DNA of 64,000 nucleotides from Tubulanus polymorphus (Eukaryota; Animalia; Nemertea), in contig NC_134026.1 in assembly GCF_964204645.1 (NCBI RefSeq), positions 6,409,950 through 6,473,949 on the forward strand, written 5' to 3'. Each line of letters starts with the position of its first letter. The first letter of the stretch is position 1. Below are positions 25,537 through 38,306 of the stretch, piece after piece. The notes below the pieces were generated by a model that saw nothing but the letters and a program-made list of their open reading frames with translations, was not told the origin of the DNA and ran no database searches. The position numbers and the translations under genes are program-made.

Positions 25537-28500
25537 TTTCGCGATGTTTTAAAGTATGTTGTAGTTTCTTCGTGGCAAATCTCAATCGGTTTGAGCTGAT
25601 GGTTTGATGTGAGTTACTTTTATACGCGTTCCTAACCTCGTAAAAATCATGTTCTGTTTTGTGTGTTTGTTATCAAAAATTAAACACGTGGTTTTTGTAT
25701 ACATGCGTAACGGTCACGGGAAACGAATAAAACTTTTCAACCAATCAGCGCTCGTTTAGGTTATTTGTTGACACGATCACGCGGATTTCTTCGTTACGAT
25801 TTTTTTAGACCAAAATGCTCGATTTTTCCAATTCGAAATGACGTCAATTTAATTTTTTTTCTTGATTTTTCCGATGTATACCCTCCGCTTTTTTCCACTC
25901 TATACTCTACTCTTTGTCAACCTCTTTAGGACGTCACGGAATTAAATCGTTCAACCTGGGACATATTCCGAGAAACAGAAGCCTGTTTTATAACATACGT
26001 TTTTACATGGCATTGAAATTTGACACATGGATGAACTAGATTCGAATGTCACTCAAACTAACTGACCGGTCCTCTCATCATTGTACCGTGAAAATTACCA
26101 GAAAGAAATAGTTCAATTTGGTCCTCTGCAAAGATGATATGATCTTATAGTGTATCTTATAAATTACCAAAAAAGAAACATATTGATCCTGTGCAAATGA
26201 TCTCCTATAGTGAATACGTAACTCGAAAGAGCATGATATTGTCAGTACAAATATATTCTTAAGTAAACTAAAATTTTCTGTGTCAGACTATAATGCATTT
26301 TGATTACAATCAGATGGAAATGGATATATACATCTCCGTAGGCGTGACACTGCTTCTCCACACAGGAACAACTTAATCACGGGGAGGGAGTCGTATGCTA
26401 TATAACAGTCAGTTTGTACCGCTGATTAAACTAACTTCATCAAGATTTGCATGAATTTGCATATTGCACAACAAGCGCAAACCAATTCTTATTTCGCTTA
26501 TATTTTATTAGCTGATTTTATATTAACTTATCCTTATCGCTCCTTAAATTTGAAGACATGCATTTTTATCATAATCACATTGTATTGATCTTATAAGGTC
26601 TATGCCAGGCAAACATACTATATCATTGCTAGCTTCTCCAGCTAGGAGCAATAAGGGCTGGTTTCCACAGTGATGCACTGTTTCAGACACATAGATTAGG
26701 GTCAATAGTGTCACTGATCCCACTAGAAATGTGTCTCGAAGATATCGAGCGATATTTCGGCTGCCATTTCATACCACGTTAGCGAATTTGCAATATGCCG
26801 TCGTCAAAGTAATGAGTATTTTTTCACTGCTCAACGTGTCGGTATTGAATCATCGGATATATATTCCAAGAACGTTAACAAAGAATTCGACTTAAAACGA
26901 TTTCTTAGAATCCTCCCCAATAGCTGTATGAAATCAATTATTCATGAAATATGCTCACTACGCGCTTATATAAGCCCGAAATTGTAAGAAAAAATACTAA
27001 ATTCTGAAATATCGAGAAAAATTCCGATGTTATCTAAGAATATGAAAAATAAGATATAAACAAAGTACGAGTATTAGTATTGTTATTATCATTATCTTAT
27101 TAAGTCAAACTCATGCAAGTCATCGTCTGATAAGTCGCCACGTTATACTGAAGCCATCTTTAGTTTTGTTTCCTAATTTGTATATCCAGTTTAATGTTCA
27201 AGTTGTCGACATATAGTGGTACCAAATATGCGAGTTTGACTCTTACTTGATATAACGTAGGTACTTGCGAAGATCCCACGAAAGAAAAATGATCAATCGT
27301 CAGGAAGTTGTGCACGAGTAAAGTCTATTAGGCAATTTGCTGATGGAAGGAATGACAAATTTATATTTGAATTTTCGAGCATTTTCTATCAAATGCCGAA
27401 AGGAAAAATGGCACTCTGAGCAAAAATGCTTATGTGACCACGAATGCGGTATCACCAAGGAACATTGGGTAGTTCTTTAAGCTAGTGCTATTACGTGCAT
27501 TACATGGAAATGGAATTCATCAAACGAAGTCTTTCTTTCACAAAACTACTAATACGTGTTTATCGTAAATGCGACTAATTGAATCCTGTGGAAAAATGCC
27601 ACTAAAAATTTGAGAACTTTTGGTGGAACGAACGCTCTTCAAGGGTGTTATACTCTCCTTGTCGTACTACGATATTCTTAAAGAGTTCACAAGTCTGAGT
27701 CCGTAGAAGAAGAAGCAGGTTTTTAAGTAATGGCCGTTTTGTGAATACGAATCCCGGGTATCAATTAAGCTCGAATAATGATATCTGGAATCAGCGGTTC
27801 GTCGGTAGTTCGACTGAGATCTCAAGATTAGAAGTCACCTTTTTGAACTCGGAATCTCGATTGTGAACCATGATCGTTATCGGATTTGTTTTGATTTATA
27901 AAAGGGTGAATCTCGAATCTAGTTTTTGAACTAATGATCGTTTGCATGTTACTTCGGAAGTACTTCTAGAATTAGTACGATTGTCCCTCTCGTGAATAGA
28001 GTATACTTTTACGTACACGCGTGTTGTACTGAAGTAGAGCAGTACTGACTAAAATGTAGGATACCAGAAACTATGTATATAATGTCACACGTCAATGATC
28101 GCGAACATAAATAGAGGAAGATTTCTGAGAATTCGCCTTCGATCGAATCTTTGTGCTAAGCGAAATTTATTAGTCAGCTATACAATGCATGTACGTGTAC
28201 TTTTTTTCATTTTGCATAATATACATTATGATGTACGATGACATAAAACTTGAGGCGATCAAGCTTTCCTGGAATTAATATCTGAATAGAAATATCGTTT
28301 TACATTTGCCAAAACTACCGCACGCTTTTTTCCAGACGTTGAAATCTTGAGATTCATTTTTTTCTATTCATTCTTATTTTTGAATATAGTGAACACGACA
28401 CGGAAACGCCTTTCCATTTCGTCCGAACCTTTCGCATTACGCAGTTTTCTGAACCTAGTTCTAGAGTTTTAGAGTTTAAGTTTTGTTGACCATATGAGTA

Positions 28501-29148
28501 GGTAGAAATCATTGGAAATTAACTGATTTTTAAATCTTAAGAGTCAACTCCTTAAGTGTCGAATCAAATTGAGTCTCATGAACTATCCCTGGAAGATAGA
28601 ATTGGAAGTGGTAAATGTAATCGAAAATGAACTGGTTTTAATTGTCGAGTTGCCTAATAACTGTGGTCCAGAATTCCGATTCATGATTTCAAAGAATTAA
28701 TTCTAGTTTGAATTCGGAAACTAAAGGAAGATATTTTCCCATTTATTCAAATATATTTGAAATTGTAAAATAAAAAAAAGCTATCTTATTCGAGTAAATT
28801 CACTACACTACAGTAATCACCTTCTCTTTTCGAATATTCTTTGCTTAGAGCGTGGAATGTGATTTCATCAAAATGCTATCTATAAACCACGTGAGCGAAT
28901 GAAAAGACTTCTAAGTAAAAAACGACAGTTGAAGTGATCGGAACTGCGTTGTTATGTAAATTACCAATTGATGTCTGTGGAGTTGAAAAAGGTTCTTGGA
29001 AAATTCATCAGCAGATTGAGACTTGAAAAACAGAAATATTCGCCAAATTCATGAAAGCGTTTTGATTGGTTGTCTTTTTCGGACGAGAGGTGTGCCGACT
29101 CGAGTGCCATCTATGATCATAAAACCTGTCATATTGTTCCTTGTTAAT

Positions 29149-29319
29149 GCCTTTCTAAATAACTTAAGAGTACGGATACGATTTTAATTTTTTTGTCCTG
29201 TTCCCTTCAATTTTAAAACCCCTATCATAGAAAATGTTTTTTTGAACTTTTATTTTTTCTCTTCGCCCTCACGCTCTTTTCTTGAAAAATTCCGTACTCC
29301 AAGTAATTTAAAAAAGGCC
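29149..29319. mobile_element. MITE with (G)GCCTTT...AAAGGCC termini (Zator-like ends)
   Basis: GCCTTTCTAAATAACTTAAGAGTACGGA versus TCCGTACTCCAAGTAATTTAAAAAAGGCC, imperfect ~28-bp TIR. Confidence 0.6.
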
Positions 29320-29660
29320 TCTATTCACAAAAAGACTTAAAATATATCTTGTCTGTATCATAACCTCTGCGTCACCATTGATCCTCAATGGTCATGCTCT
29401 TAGGTCGAATGATTGATCACAGTGATACAATATTTCTCGGTGTTTTGACTGTAGCGTCAAATCTTTGGCCAGGTCTGTTAACACTGGTAAACCAAAGATG
29501 AACGACTGTATTCGAAGACGTTTAGTTTATTTCTCTCATACAGTACAGTACTCAACAGTATACACGTGCTCAATAAGGTGTTTAATCACAAATGGCCGAA
29601 CAAAGATATTCACGCTTCAAATAATGTACAATCAAATCAGATACGTCCAGATTATATCAT

Positions 29661-30013
29661 ACTCACTTGCCAGGGTTTGATTACCACCCGCCGGAGCTCA
29701 CGCTAACTCAAACCCTGCCCGAAACCCTTTCATTGGTCTATTACATTGCCCACGATTTCTTGAGCGGACAGGTTGCAGACTTAACAAAGTTCGGAGATTT
29801 TGTTCCGAGATAGTATGGCAGAATTGATTTCGAAAATAATTCGGTATTATCTTAAGAAAGTCGGCATTGTTTTTCGGATGCGCAATAGCGCCAACCCGTG
29901 TGGATTCCTTCATTGGTCTATTTCGCCACCCACAATTTCTTGGGCGGACAGGTTGCCGCCAGTTTGTGTTGGTGTGAGCCTCCGCGGGAGGCAATCATAG
30001 CCTGGCAAGCGAG
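29661..30013. mobile_element. Non-autonomous DNA transposon, ~40-bp TIRs, internal ~50-bp direct repeat
   Basis: ACTCACTTGCCAGGGTTTGATTACCACCCGCCGGAGCTCAC is an imperfect reverse complement of GTGAGCCTCCGCGGGAGGCAATCATAGCCTGGCAAGCGAG; internal TCATTGGTCTATT...GCGGACAGGTTGC at ~29730 and ~29910. Confidence 0.75.
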
Positions 30014-30034
30014 GACGGTGGATCATCGACTCAT

Positions 30035-32979
30035 CTAGATAATGACATCGACAACAGCTCGTCTGTGACAACATCGGAATATTCGTGATATAAAACTAAT
30101 CATAGAATTCCAGTAATGCTCAATCGTACCGAGATGGCTGATACGCCTACCCCCATCCGCTCTTACCGAGGTCAATCGGTTCATGATAGTGTGGTTATTG
30201 AACACGTACATAAAAGGCACCCAGATGTAATAAGCTAAACTGAAAGCTTTCAAAAGGTAATATACCGGCTTGTTATCCAGAGACATAAACGTAACGATAG
30301 ACACGGGTAAAAAGAATAGTAAAAAGACAACTATAAACATGATACAACGTCTTGAAACGACGAAATGCATCGATCTCGGGCGACGAGTGCTCACTCTCGT
30401 GATATCCGATCGTCTGTTGTTGTCTACTACTACAGTCGGCGCCATTTCCTCGGTAATAACCTGCTCGACTATTTCTAAATCGTTTTCGGACTGACTTTCG
30501 GGCGCGTCTTGCACGATATACCGAACCGATTTGATGCTGTTGTTCGACGGAGTTTTGATCATTTTCGAATCGCGCCGAGTTTTCGAAGGTCGACTGTCGT
30601 GACTATCTCGCGTTCCTCGGTATCTAGTGATCGACGAGGCGATGCTGTTTCTAGCCTGTCCCGACGGCCGGGCCGCGACCGGTTCAGGTTGAGACGAACA
30701 AGAAACGTTTTTGCCTGGAAGTTGAGACTCTGGTGGTGAGGGGTCCGATCCGGGGTTAGGTGTTAGCAGACAATCGCTACTTTTTGCCGATGTATCGCTG
30801 TATTGACCATTTGGCTGGAAATTTGGAGTAAACTTTATATGAAAATGAGAAAAAAAACAATACAAACGTGTATTGGGATACACAATACGAACGTGTATTT
30901 TTTGTACTTTACAAACTAACCACAGTATCCTAGGTACTATATATATAAAAAAAACCCAGAAAACAAGGGAGCCATCTCCTCGTCAGATCGGTCGATAGGT
31001 ACGTCGTCACTTCAACAGTTCGTAATTTTGTTATTAATTGTCCAATCCGCTTCAGATAAAGTTTATTGTAAAAAAAGGATTTATGCACAAGTCCGAGTTT
31101 TTCTATATAGTCCCGAGGATACTGGGTCAAAAGCCTTTTGTGTCAGGTCCCTGTGAAACGAACAAGTCTAGTACAGTTTATGAGTTAAACACTGACAAAA
31201 AAAATCTGTCCGTATTGTAACGATAATACCCCCCTCCCACTAAGCATGAAATATCAAAACGTGTCTCACCTGAATTTCAGTTTGAGTTTCAGCGTCCCGC
31301 AGATGAGTTGTTTTCTGTTTGCGTCTTTTCAAGCGTTTGATTTGATCCTTTTTCGGTAGATTAGTAATCGGTGCAAGTTGAGGAGGTGGCGGCGATCTCC
31401 AGGGCAGTAGATGGAATTTGGACACTTTACGGAACGCTGATAAGGCCAATGCTTTGTCGGTTGGTAGCTGCATCGCCGATGAAGATCTCTTCAATCGGAG
31501 CGATGGAATCGGTCGCCGACTTAACTTGCGAGCTATCTCCGGTACGTGGTCCGATAGACAATCCGTGCCGCCTTCGATTCGTTCATTCGCCGATTGTCCC
31601 AATGATGTCACACTATCAGCCGGTTTGGAACTGCCCGCGCTACGGAATGACGAAATTCGCGTTTCACGACCTGTCAAAGTTTCATCCAGTTCCGAGTCGT
31701 AACTGTTTATTCTTGGTAGAATCGAACTGCATCGATCGGAGCGCGATGTTTTACACAGTAAACTTGACGGCCGTTTGCCTTGCGACGATGCCCTCGACTG
31801 ACAAGGAGATGTAGCTGTTGATATGCGGTTCGTCGACTGTCCTTCTGTTGCAGCGGCAGCAGCAGCTGCAGCTGCAATCGATGCGTTCGCTTCAACTTGG
31901 AACAGATCGTCCGAGATAACCGAATATGCATCGAAAGATCTGTAGGAGACGCTGCTTCTGCGATGAAACACTGCAGTCTTAGCAAACATAGCCTGGTCAA
32001 TAACAGAAGATGAAGTTGACATTCCCAACCACGGTGGAATATTCTGCTCCGTGGTGGCGCTGGATCTTTTCTGTTGATTCATATTGTTATCGTCGTTATT
32101 GCACGAAATGCTCGTTTTTCGTACTATATCCTCGTCAGCTGGTTCGGGTACCTCATCCTGGATAGCTGTGAACATAGTCTGCTGATTCACGTCTGAATCG
32201 CGTTCCTCAACTTTTACGTCCTGATCGACGACGCATTGAGAATTCGGTTTGATGGTCGTCGTAACGCAGACTACTTTTCTGTCCTTTTTCGCCGTGTGAT
32301 TCATAATTCGCGCGTACGAAATGAACATCGTAATTGAACTGACGCAGATGCGAACAGTTTGAAGTGAATTCGCGAACATGTCGTAATCAGTTTCGTCTGG
32401 AAATTGTATCGAATCGGCCAGATTACTACTACTATTAATACTATTGCTAGGTAGAGCTGGTAGAACGCAAACACGGACCGCATACGGACGTACTTCTTTT
32501 TTTTCTGTATGCAAAAATATGATGAGTTGCACAACGGTATTTACTACGGCCAATAAAGCGCCAAAAACCAAGTAAAAGGTGTTAGATAATTTGATACCGA
32601 ATGTTTTCAGAGATGATCTGACTTGCTGGACAGCGATGAAAGAAACGCTCATAAACATAGCGTTTTCAACGGTCGATTCGGTCGAATGTTTCACGTTGCA
32701 AAATGTTAACGATGTTTGAATATCGAACTCTGTCGCTTCGAGTTCCCGTATGAAGACGGCTGCAGTTTCGATCGTCTGTAAAAGAACGCCTACCGAACAC
32801 GTGTATACACCGGTACTAATCAGCAGACAAATTAATTTGTAATTCTTGAAGAATCTAAAGTGTTTGTAAATCAATATCGCCACTTTGATGTTCGTCGCAA
32901 GGCCGCAAATAAAATTCAAACATAGAATGATGCAGGCGACAATCATCATCGATAGTGAACTTACTGAAAGCGACGACAT
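30035..32979 (-). CDS. Divergent orphan class-A-like GPCR; 2 exons (32979-31270, 30814-30035), ~829 aa, very long ICL3
   Basis: TM1-5 lie in the first ~225 aa (GLATNIKV, TM3 C..K...FMSVSFIAVQQV, TM5 ending SYARIM). Phase-0 GTGAGA/TTCCAG intron. TM6 FIVVFLLFFLP and TM7 YIWVPFMYVF near the C-terminus, with a CC palmitoylation-like site. Confidence 0.75.
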
Positions 32980-33693
32980 CTTGGAACCTTTAAAACGACA
33001 TCTTCTTATTCACGAGGTCGAGACCGGTTTGAACAAGGACAGTCGTTGGACAATCCTCTTATCAATTCATTTCTCATAATACACGATTTAGTAGAAATTA
33101 GCGGATTCAACTAAACGGTGTGAATGACCAATGGGTCTTTAGTTGCCAAGCCACGTTCGCGTCACTTCCTCTTACTAAAAACTTGCTAATTGTTTAAATG
33201 AAGATGAAGTCCTCAGTACTCCGATCGAGTTAACGGTTTTAGTAAGCGCCTATCCCTGCACTTTCTCGAATTTGCTGCTGTATATATTTTCATATTTGAG
33301 GTTTTCACCAATCCCTGATTTAGTCGCGCATATCAACAAGATTAGGCCCAGTCTCAGCCTCAGCAAATCCAATATCAACTCAATAAGACTAGCCTCTAGA
33401 TTATAGCTATTTGCCATGGCTATGTAACTGGGCCCAGGGTGTATCATTATGTATTTATCTCAACTGACAATTTTGAAAAAAGAACATGTCTCTCAAGGAA
33501 TAAATAGTATTTATCTCAACCGAAGCTAATTATGAAAAAGACGTATGTCTCATAAAAATATCTTCCGGAAAAACACGAAATTACTAGTTATCGAGAATTT
33601 ATTTCTATATCACAATATCAAACTACTAATACAATCAACTATGTAATTTACAACAAATCAGATGGCGGAAGGGCAATTGGTAAAAAATTCACA

Positions 33694-36672
33694 TTATACT
33701 TCGAATAGCGTCATAATCTGTTCTAGATCTTTAGGATTATCGACAGTCAGTTTGCCGGACGCTATCGCTTGAACCGGAGACCGCACCCGCGCCAAAACAT
33801 CCCTCCAAAGTTGGCTAGATATTGTGACAGTAACATCGGGCTTCTTCGGGACTGCTCGGGAAAGTTCGATGACATTGTTACGTATTTCCATAGTAACGAT
33901 CGGTTCGTCCCCGTCCGTGAATTTGAAGGTCACAACTTTGTGAACACCGTCGCATTGCTCGGCCTTGAGATTCAAGGTCAACACCTCGAATAAAAGATAC
34001 ATCGGTAATTTCATGATGGTGTCGACACGGAATTTCTGACTCGGTTTTATTTCCAATCCGGCGGTTTCTAAAGCCGACGTCATGTAGTAATTTCGACCGT
34101 TGGCGCTGATTTGTTTTTCGCCGAGTCGTTTCAGCGATTGAATGCGTAGTTTTTTGGCTTGTTTGTTTTTAGTATTCAGGGTATATACGCTCGACGATAA
34201 TTCTAAAGCCCATTGATAATCTTTATCGTCTAAAGCTTTCTTCGCTTGTTCTAAGATCTTATCTACGCCACCGGCTAGTTTAATCATACGATCTGCTTTA
34301 TCTTTTGGGGTAAATGGTATCAAATCTACGGGATCACCGCTGAACCATCCCAAATACGTATTAAACACACCCCTCACCGACCATTCAACAGTCCCGTAGA
34401 ATTCTATCAAAAATGGATGATCTATTAGACGCTGCGGTAGTTTAACCAGAGGTACGATTTCATTCGGCAGAAGACCCTTGTTCAGGTGTCGCACGGTTTG
34501 GTCGTGTATCAGTTGAATGGCGTCTTTATAATCGGTAAACAGATCGTAAATTTCTTTTTTACCAGAAATCGGTCTCGTGTGACTGGGCACGATATGTTCC
34601 GCTCCCAATTTACGCATCTTGTCCAACGACTGAGACCAGATTCTGACGTCACGAGATGGAGTTCCGCGAATGGCGTATAGGTTTGGAAACGCCCGATAGA
34701 TGTCGTCAGCAGGCATCAGTACCTTTTTCTCTTTATACCAAACAGCCATCTGGTCCGGGGTTTCTCCTGGTATGTGAACCAGCGTCAAATTGATTCCTTC
34801 AATAGAAATACAAAGATACGATATTTTATCGATGGTATTTTGAAAATAGAATCACCTATTGTGGGGGTCACCGCCACACGAGATAAACAGGCATGTACCT
34901 CGGGGCCATCCGTAGTGCTTTATTGTGCGTTGCCGTTGGCGGTAGGTATAGCTGGACACGGGCAAGCAAGGATAGGATCTCCCCACTCAGAAAGATCAGT
35001 AAAATTCACCAATATCTGCGCACCAGATGGTTGCTCTGCGCGAGGGAAAGGTCATTAGACTTACTTCCATCTTTACTTACCAGCGATTAAGAACTCTTCT
35101 CTCTCTTTGGTTAAAACTCGGTTCGGAAAAACAAGACCGCTGACTGAGTCTTTGTGATATTGAAGATGCGGTCCGATACCGGAGTTAACCAGGGCTGTAT
35201 TGTAAACCCCGAATTGTCTCATTCCTCGTTTGAAAATGATCGGGTTCGTCGTGAAAAATCGCTTTAATTGAGGCAATGTTGATTTATGCGACCAAACATC
35301 CGGGGGATTCTTAGGATCATCAATGAACCCCTGAAACGTAGATTAGATTCAGGGTAGAAATATTAAGAAATAGATCAGACTTTCAAACAATCAAGACGAT
35401 GATTCTTACTAAAGGTTCCGTGAGACAGGTGAAATAGGTAACTTGGCTTTCAAAATTTGTTTCAAATTCAAAAATTTCGGGATCTTTCTTAGTGTGCAGG
35501 GATTTAACATTATTGTTCACCACGGACTCGGCGTGTTTCATCAATTACAATTTGTGATTCATGGATTGCATTTTCAATTCATTGTCCAGAAAAAATGGCG
35601 TTTTCATATTTTCGGTGTACGTACCAAGGCCCCGTTCATATGATCAGCGTGGTTATGGGTATAAATGATCGCTTTCACCGGTTTGTCGACGAGTTTTTTG
35701 AACGCTTTGCGGATCTCACGAGCGACCGCCACGCTTTCGGTCGTGTCGACTATCGCGACGCCATCAGGACCTTCCAACATGATGGAATTGGCCAACGCGT
35801 AACCAATAGCAACATAAATACCGTCTGCAACCTGAAACAGGTGAAAAAGATGCTGAGAGATGATGACTGCAGAGTGGCTTTAGTATCAGGCTGAAAATAT
35901 GATCCATCTTTAATACAACCACAGGGTATTTCAGTAACAGATCATGTTTACGAGGTGCCTGAGTGCATCATTGAGAAACAAAGCTATTCTTCTTCAAGAT
36001 CTAACAATACGTGGTGGCCTTGGTTATACGTATGCTAGCGTTTGCCGTGGTTTCTCGAATATTAGAAGCTTGTGGCGATGAACTAAATTTGATACTAAAT
36101 AGGTTCAAATTCATCCTTTAGGTGATACAGGGTCGGGATTCGAATTTATCTTACAACTATGGAAACTGAATCGAGTACAAAATATAGGATTAAATACGTA
36201 AAACTTTGATGGTAGAAATACAACTATATACAGACTGTACGTACATCTTCATTGGAACAATCCCCCCGAGGGGATGTGCCTACACGATGCCTAAATTGAA
36301 GTCCATGTCCAAATAAAATCTCTGTAAAATCTCAATGCAAGCCGTTTGATCAAATCTTCCTTTTCTAGCGATGTAACGCCATACACATTTCCAAAGCTTT
36401 TAATTAATCTGTATTTGGTCAATTCAGTGGGATGTCAACCTAGACTCCAACAGATCTGAGTGTCTACTATTGTTTGTTACCTTTATCACTTGTGGCTTGT
36501 CGAATTCTTTCGAATGCTCTTTCAGCAAGGCTGGAGCAGTGACATCGTTCAGTAAAGTGTTCACAGACAGCGAGGAATCTGCAGCTCTGAATCTTGTACT
36601 GACGAATATCATCGATAATAACAAAATCCCAACCGCACCAGCAATAATCATATTTTGATTCGGAACAGCCAT
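33694..36672 (-). CDS. Alkyl/aryl-sulfatase (SdsA1/Bds1 family: metallo-beta-lactamase fold + dimerisation + SCP2-like domain); 4 exons (36672-36481, 35831-35625, 35330-35081, 34796-33694), ~583 aa
   Basis: VADGIYVAIGYALAN, IIYTHNHADHMNG, HIPGETPDQ, FPNLYAIRG, VPSHTRP, EFYGTVEWSVRGVF..YLGWFSGDP, NGRNYYM and an SCP2-like C-terminus. All splice phases are consistent; N-terminal hydrophobic anchor. Confidence 0.92.
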
Positions 36673-38306
36673 TTCTACAGCCGGTCGTTTCCTGATTAAA
36701 GCACACAAATATATTTCACCTCAGTACAGTATTTCAGTAGAGTTTTTCATATGATGAAACACATGCTATATGTCCTGCATGTATAATGCATTATAAAATC
36801 TATGCAAGCCCTTATCCTACTAACCTAGTACGTAGTTCTAACAAAACCTGTTTTTGTTCCTGTGCAAGTATTATAATGTTTGATATACATCCTCCCAAGT
36901 GACAGTTAGCAAATAGCTAAAAAGACAGTGACAAATTGACCTTTTACAGACGTCAAAATAATGAATACTTACCGAGATGAGTTACAAATTCTGTGCTATG
37001 CTATCCAGGGTTGCGGAATAAGATTCCGGCTCTGTAATTACCTCTACCCGCGGTCCCTACTGATTAACCGATGTTTAGCATTTAGCTTAGAGATAATAAC
37101 ACGGTTAGAACACGTGGATTAAACATCAGAAATAGTACAGAATCTATATACGTATTTTCTCCTAGGTGAAACAGCGTATAACGAATGAATACGTGAGCGA
37201 AAATGTTGTTTCAGTCGCTCTATACAAAATCTGCAACACAACCAGAAAGTAAACAGACATGAAATTATTACATGATATCAATAATAACTCAGCGGTTGAT
37301 ATATTCGAGTGTTATTTTCTGTCTTTGGCAGTACCGGGCGCGGCTTGAACACGACTTTCCGCAGCGGAAGGTTCCGAAAAGAAACACGATAAGTCACAAA
37401 TCCGAACGACTTTCTGGGTGCGTTTCGTGTGCAATATGCGTCGCAGATCGTCTGGGTTATTTTCTATTTAACAAGATCAATAGTAACTGTATTAAAATTC
37501 CGTGGGACAGAGGTAAAACTTATTTCTTTATCTGGTTTAGGATTTACACGAAAATGCATCAGAAACTCCAAGTTTTCAGTTCGTTTCCAAGTATGATATG
37601 TTTCTTTGAAATCAATATTGAATTTTGTGTAATTTCATGGGGGTATTTTTCACATTGGGTTTTGTTGAAGTTGGCTGCGTATTTGCACGAGTCTTTGACG
37701 ACAAATAGAGGGCGAATCAATCGCGTCTTCTTCTTCACCATTAATACATACACGTTAGAAAGGTCATGTCGTCACAGCTGATAAGATAAACCTGATATTT
37801 ATGATTGAGATTGATTGTAATGAAGTGAATTCACAGACAGTGGACAGTGAGTATCATTCATATCAAGTAAGTACATACGTAATACGTATATATATATAAC
37901 GTTTTTACATGATTATAGAAATGTTATTCCTCTAATCTTGGAGTAATCAAATGATTACTCCATGCTCTAATGAAGAACAAAATGAATAAATAACCACAAG
38001 AAAGCGCATTAAATCATCTTTTTACCAATTCAAAATTTCAAAAATGATATCTTTTAAAAAGAAGATAATCAGTATCATAATTTTGTAAAAATTTTACTTG
38101 AAAATAAATCATATCATATCATCATATTTTCTTTTCTCATTTACAGTCATTAATGAATTTAAAATTCGTAGATACGTAGTGGGAATCATATGAAATATAA
38201 TCTATTCACCAGTTATTTCACTATTAATCTCGAGAAAACGATTTTATCAATATACAGTATCGTGTAGTAGAAGATATTTCAAGATTCATAAGACGTACAC
38301 GGAATA

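Noticed and set aside
31371-31814. Antisense ORFs over the GPCR (likewise over the sulfatase, the 714-aa ORF and the EP4-like gene)
   Set aside because: Shadow ORFs of real coding exons on the opposite strand.
33694-36672. Bacterial contamination explaining the sulfatase
   Set aside because: Three phase-consistent spliceosomal introns and contiguous animal genes on both sides.
37272-37781. 169-aa ORF between the sulfatase and MATE genes
   Set aside because: No domain or splice context; it lies in the presumed promoter region and has intergenic-like composition.
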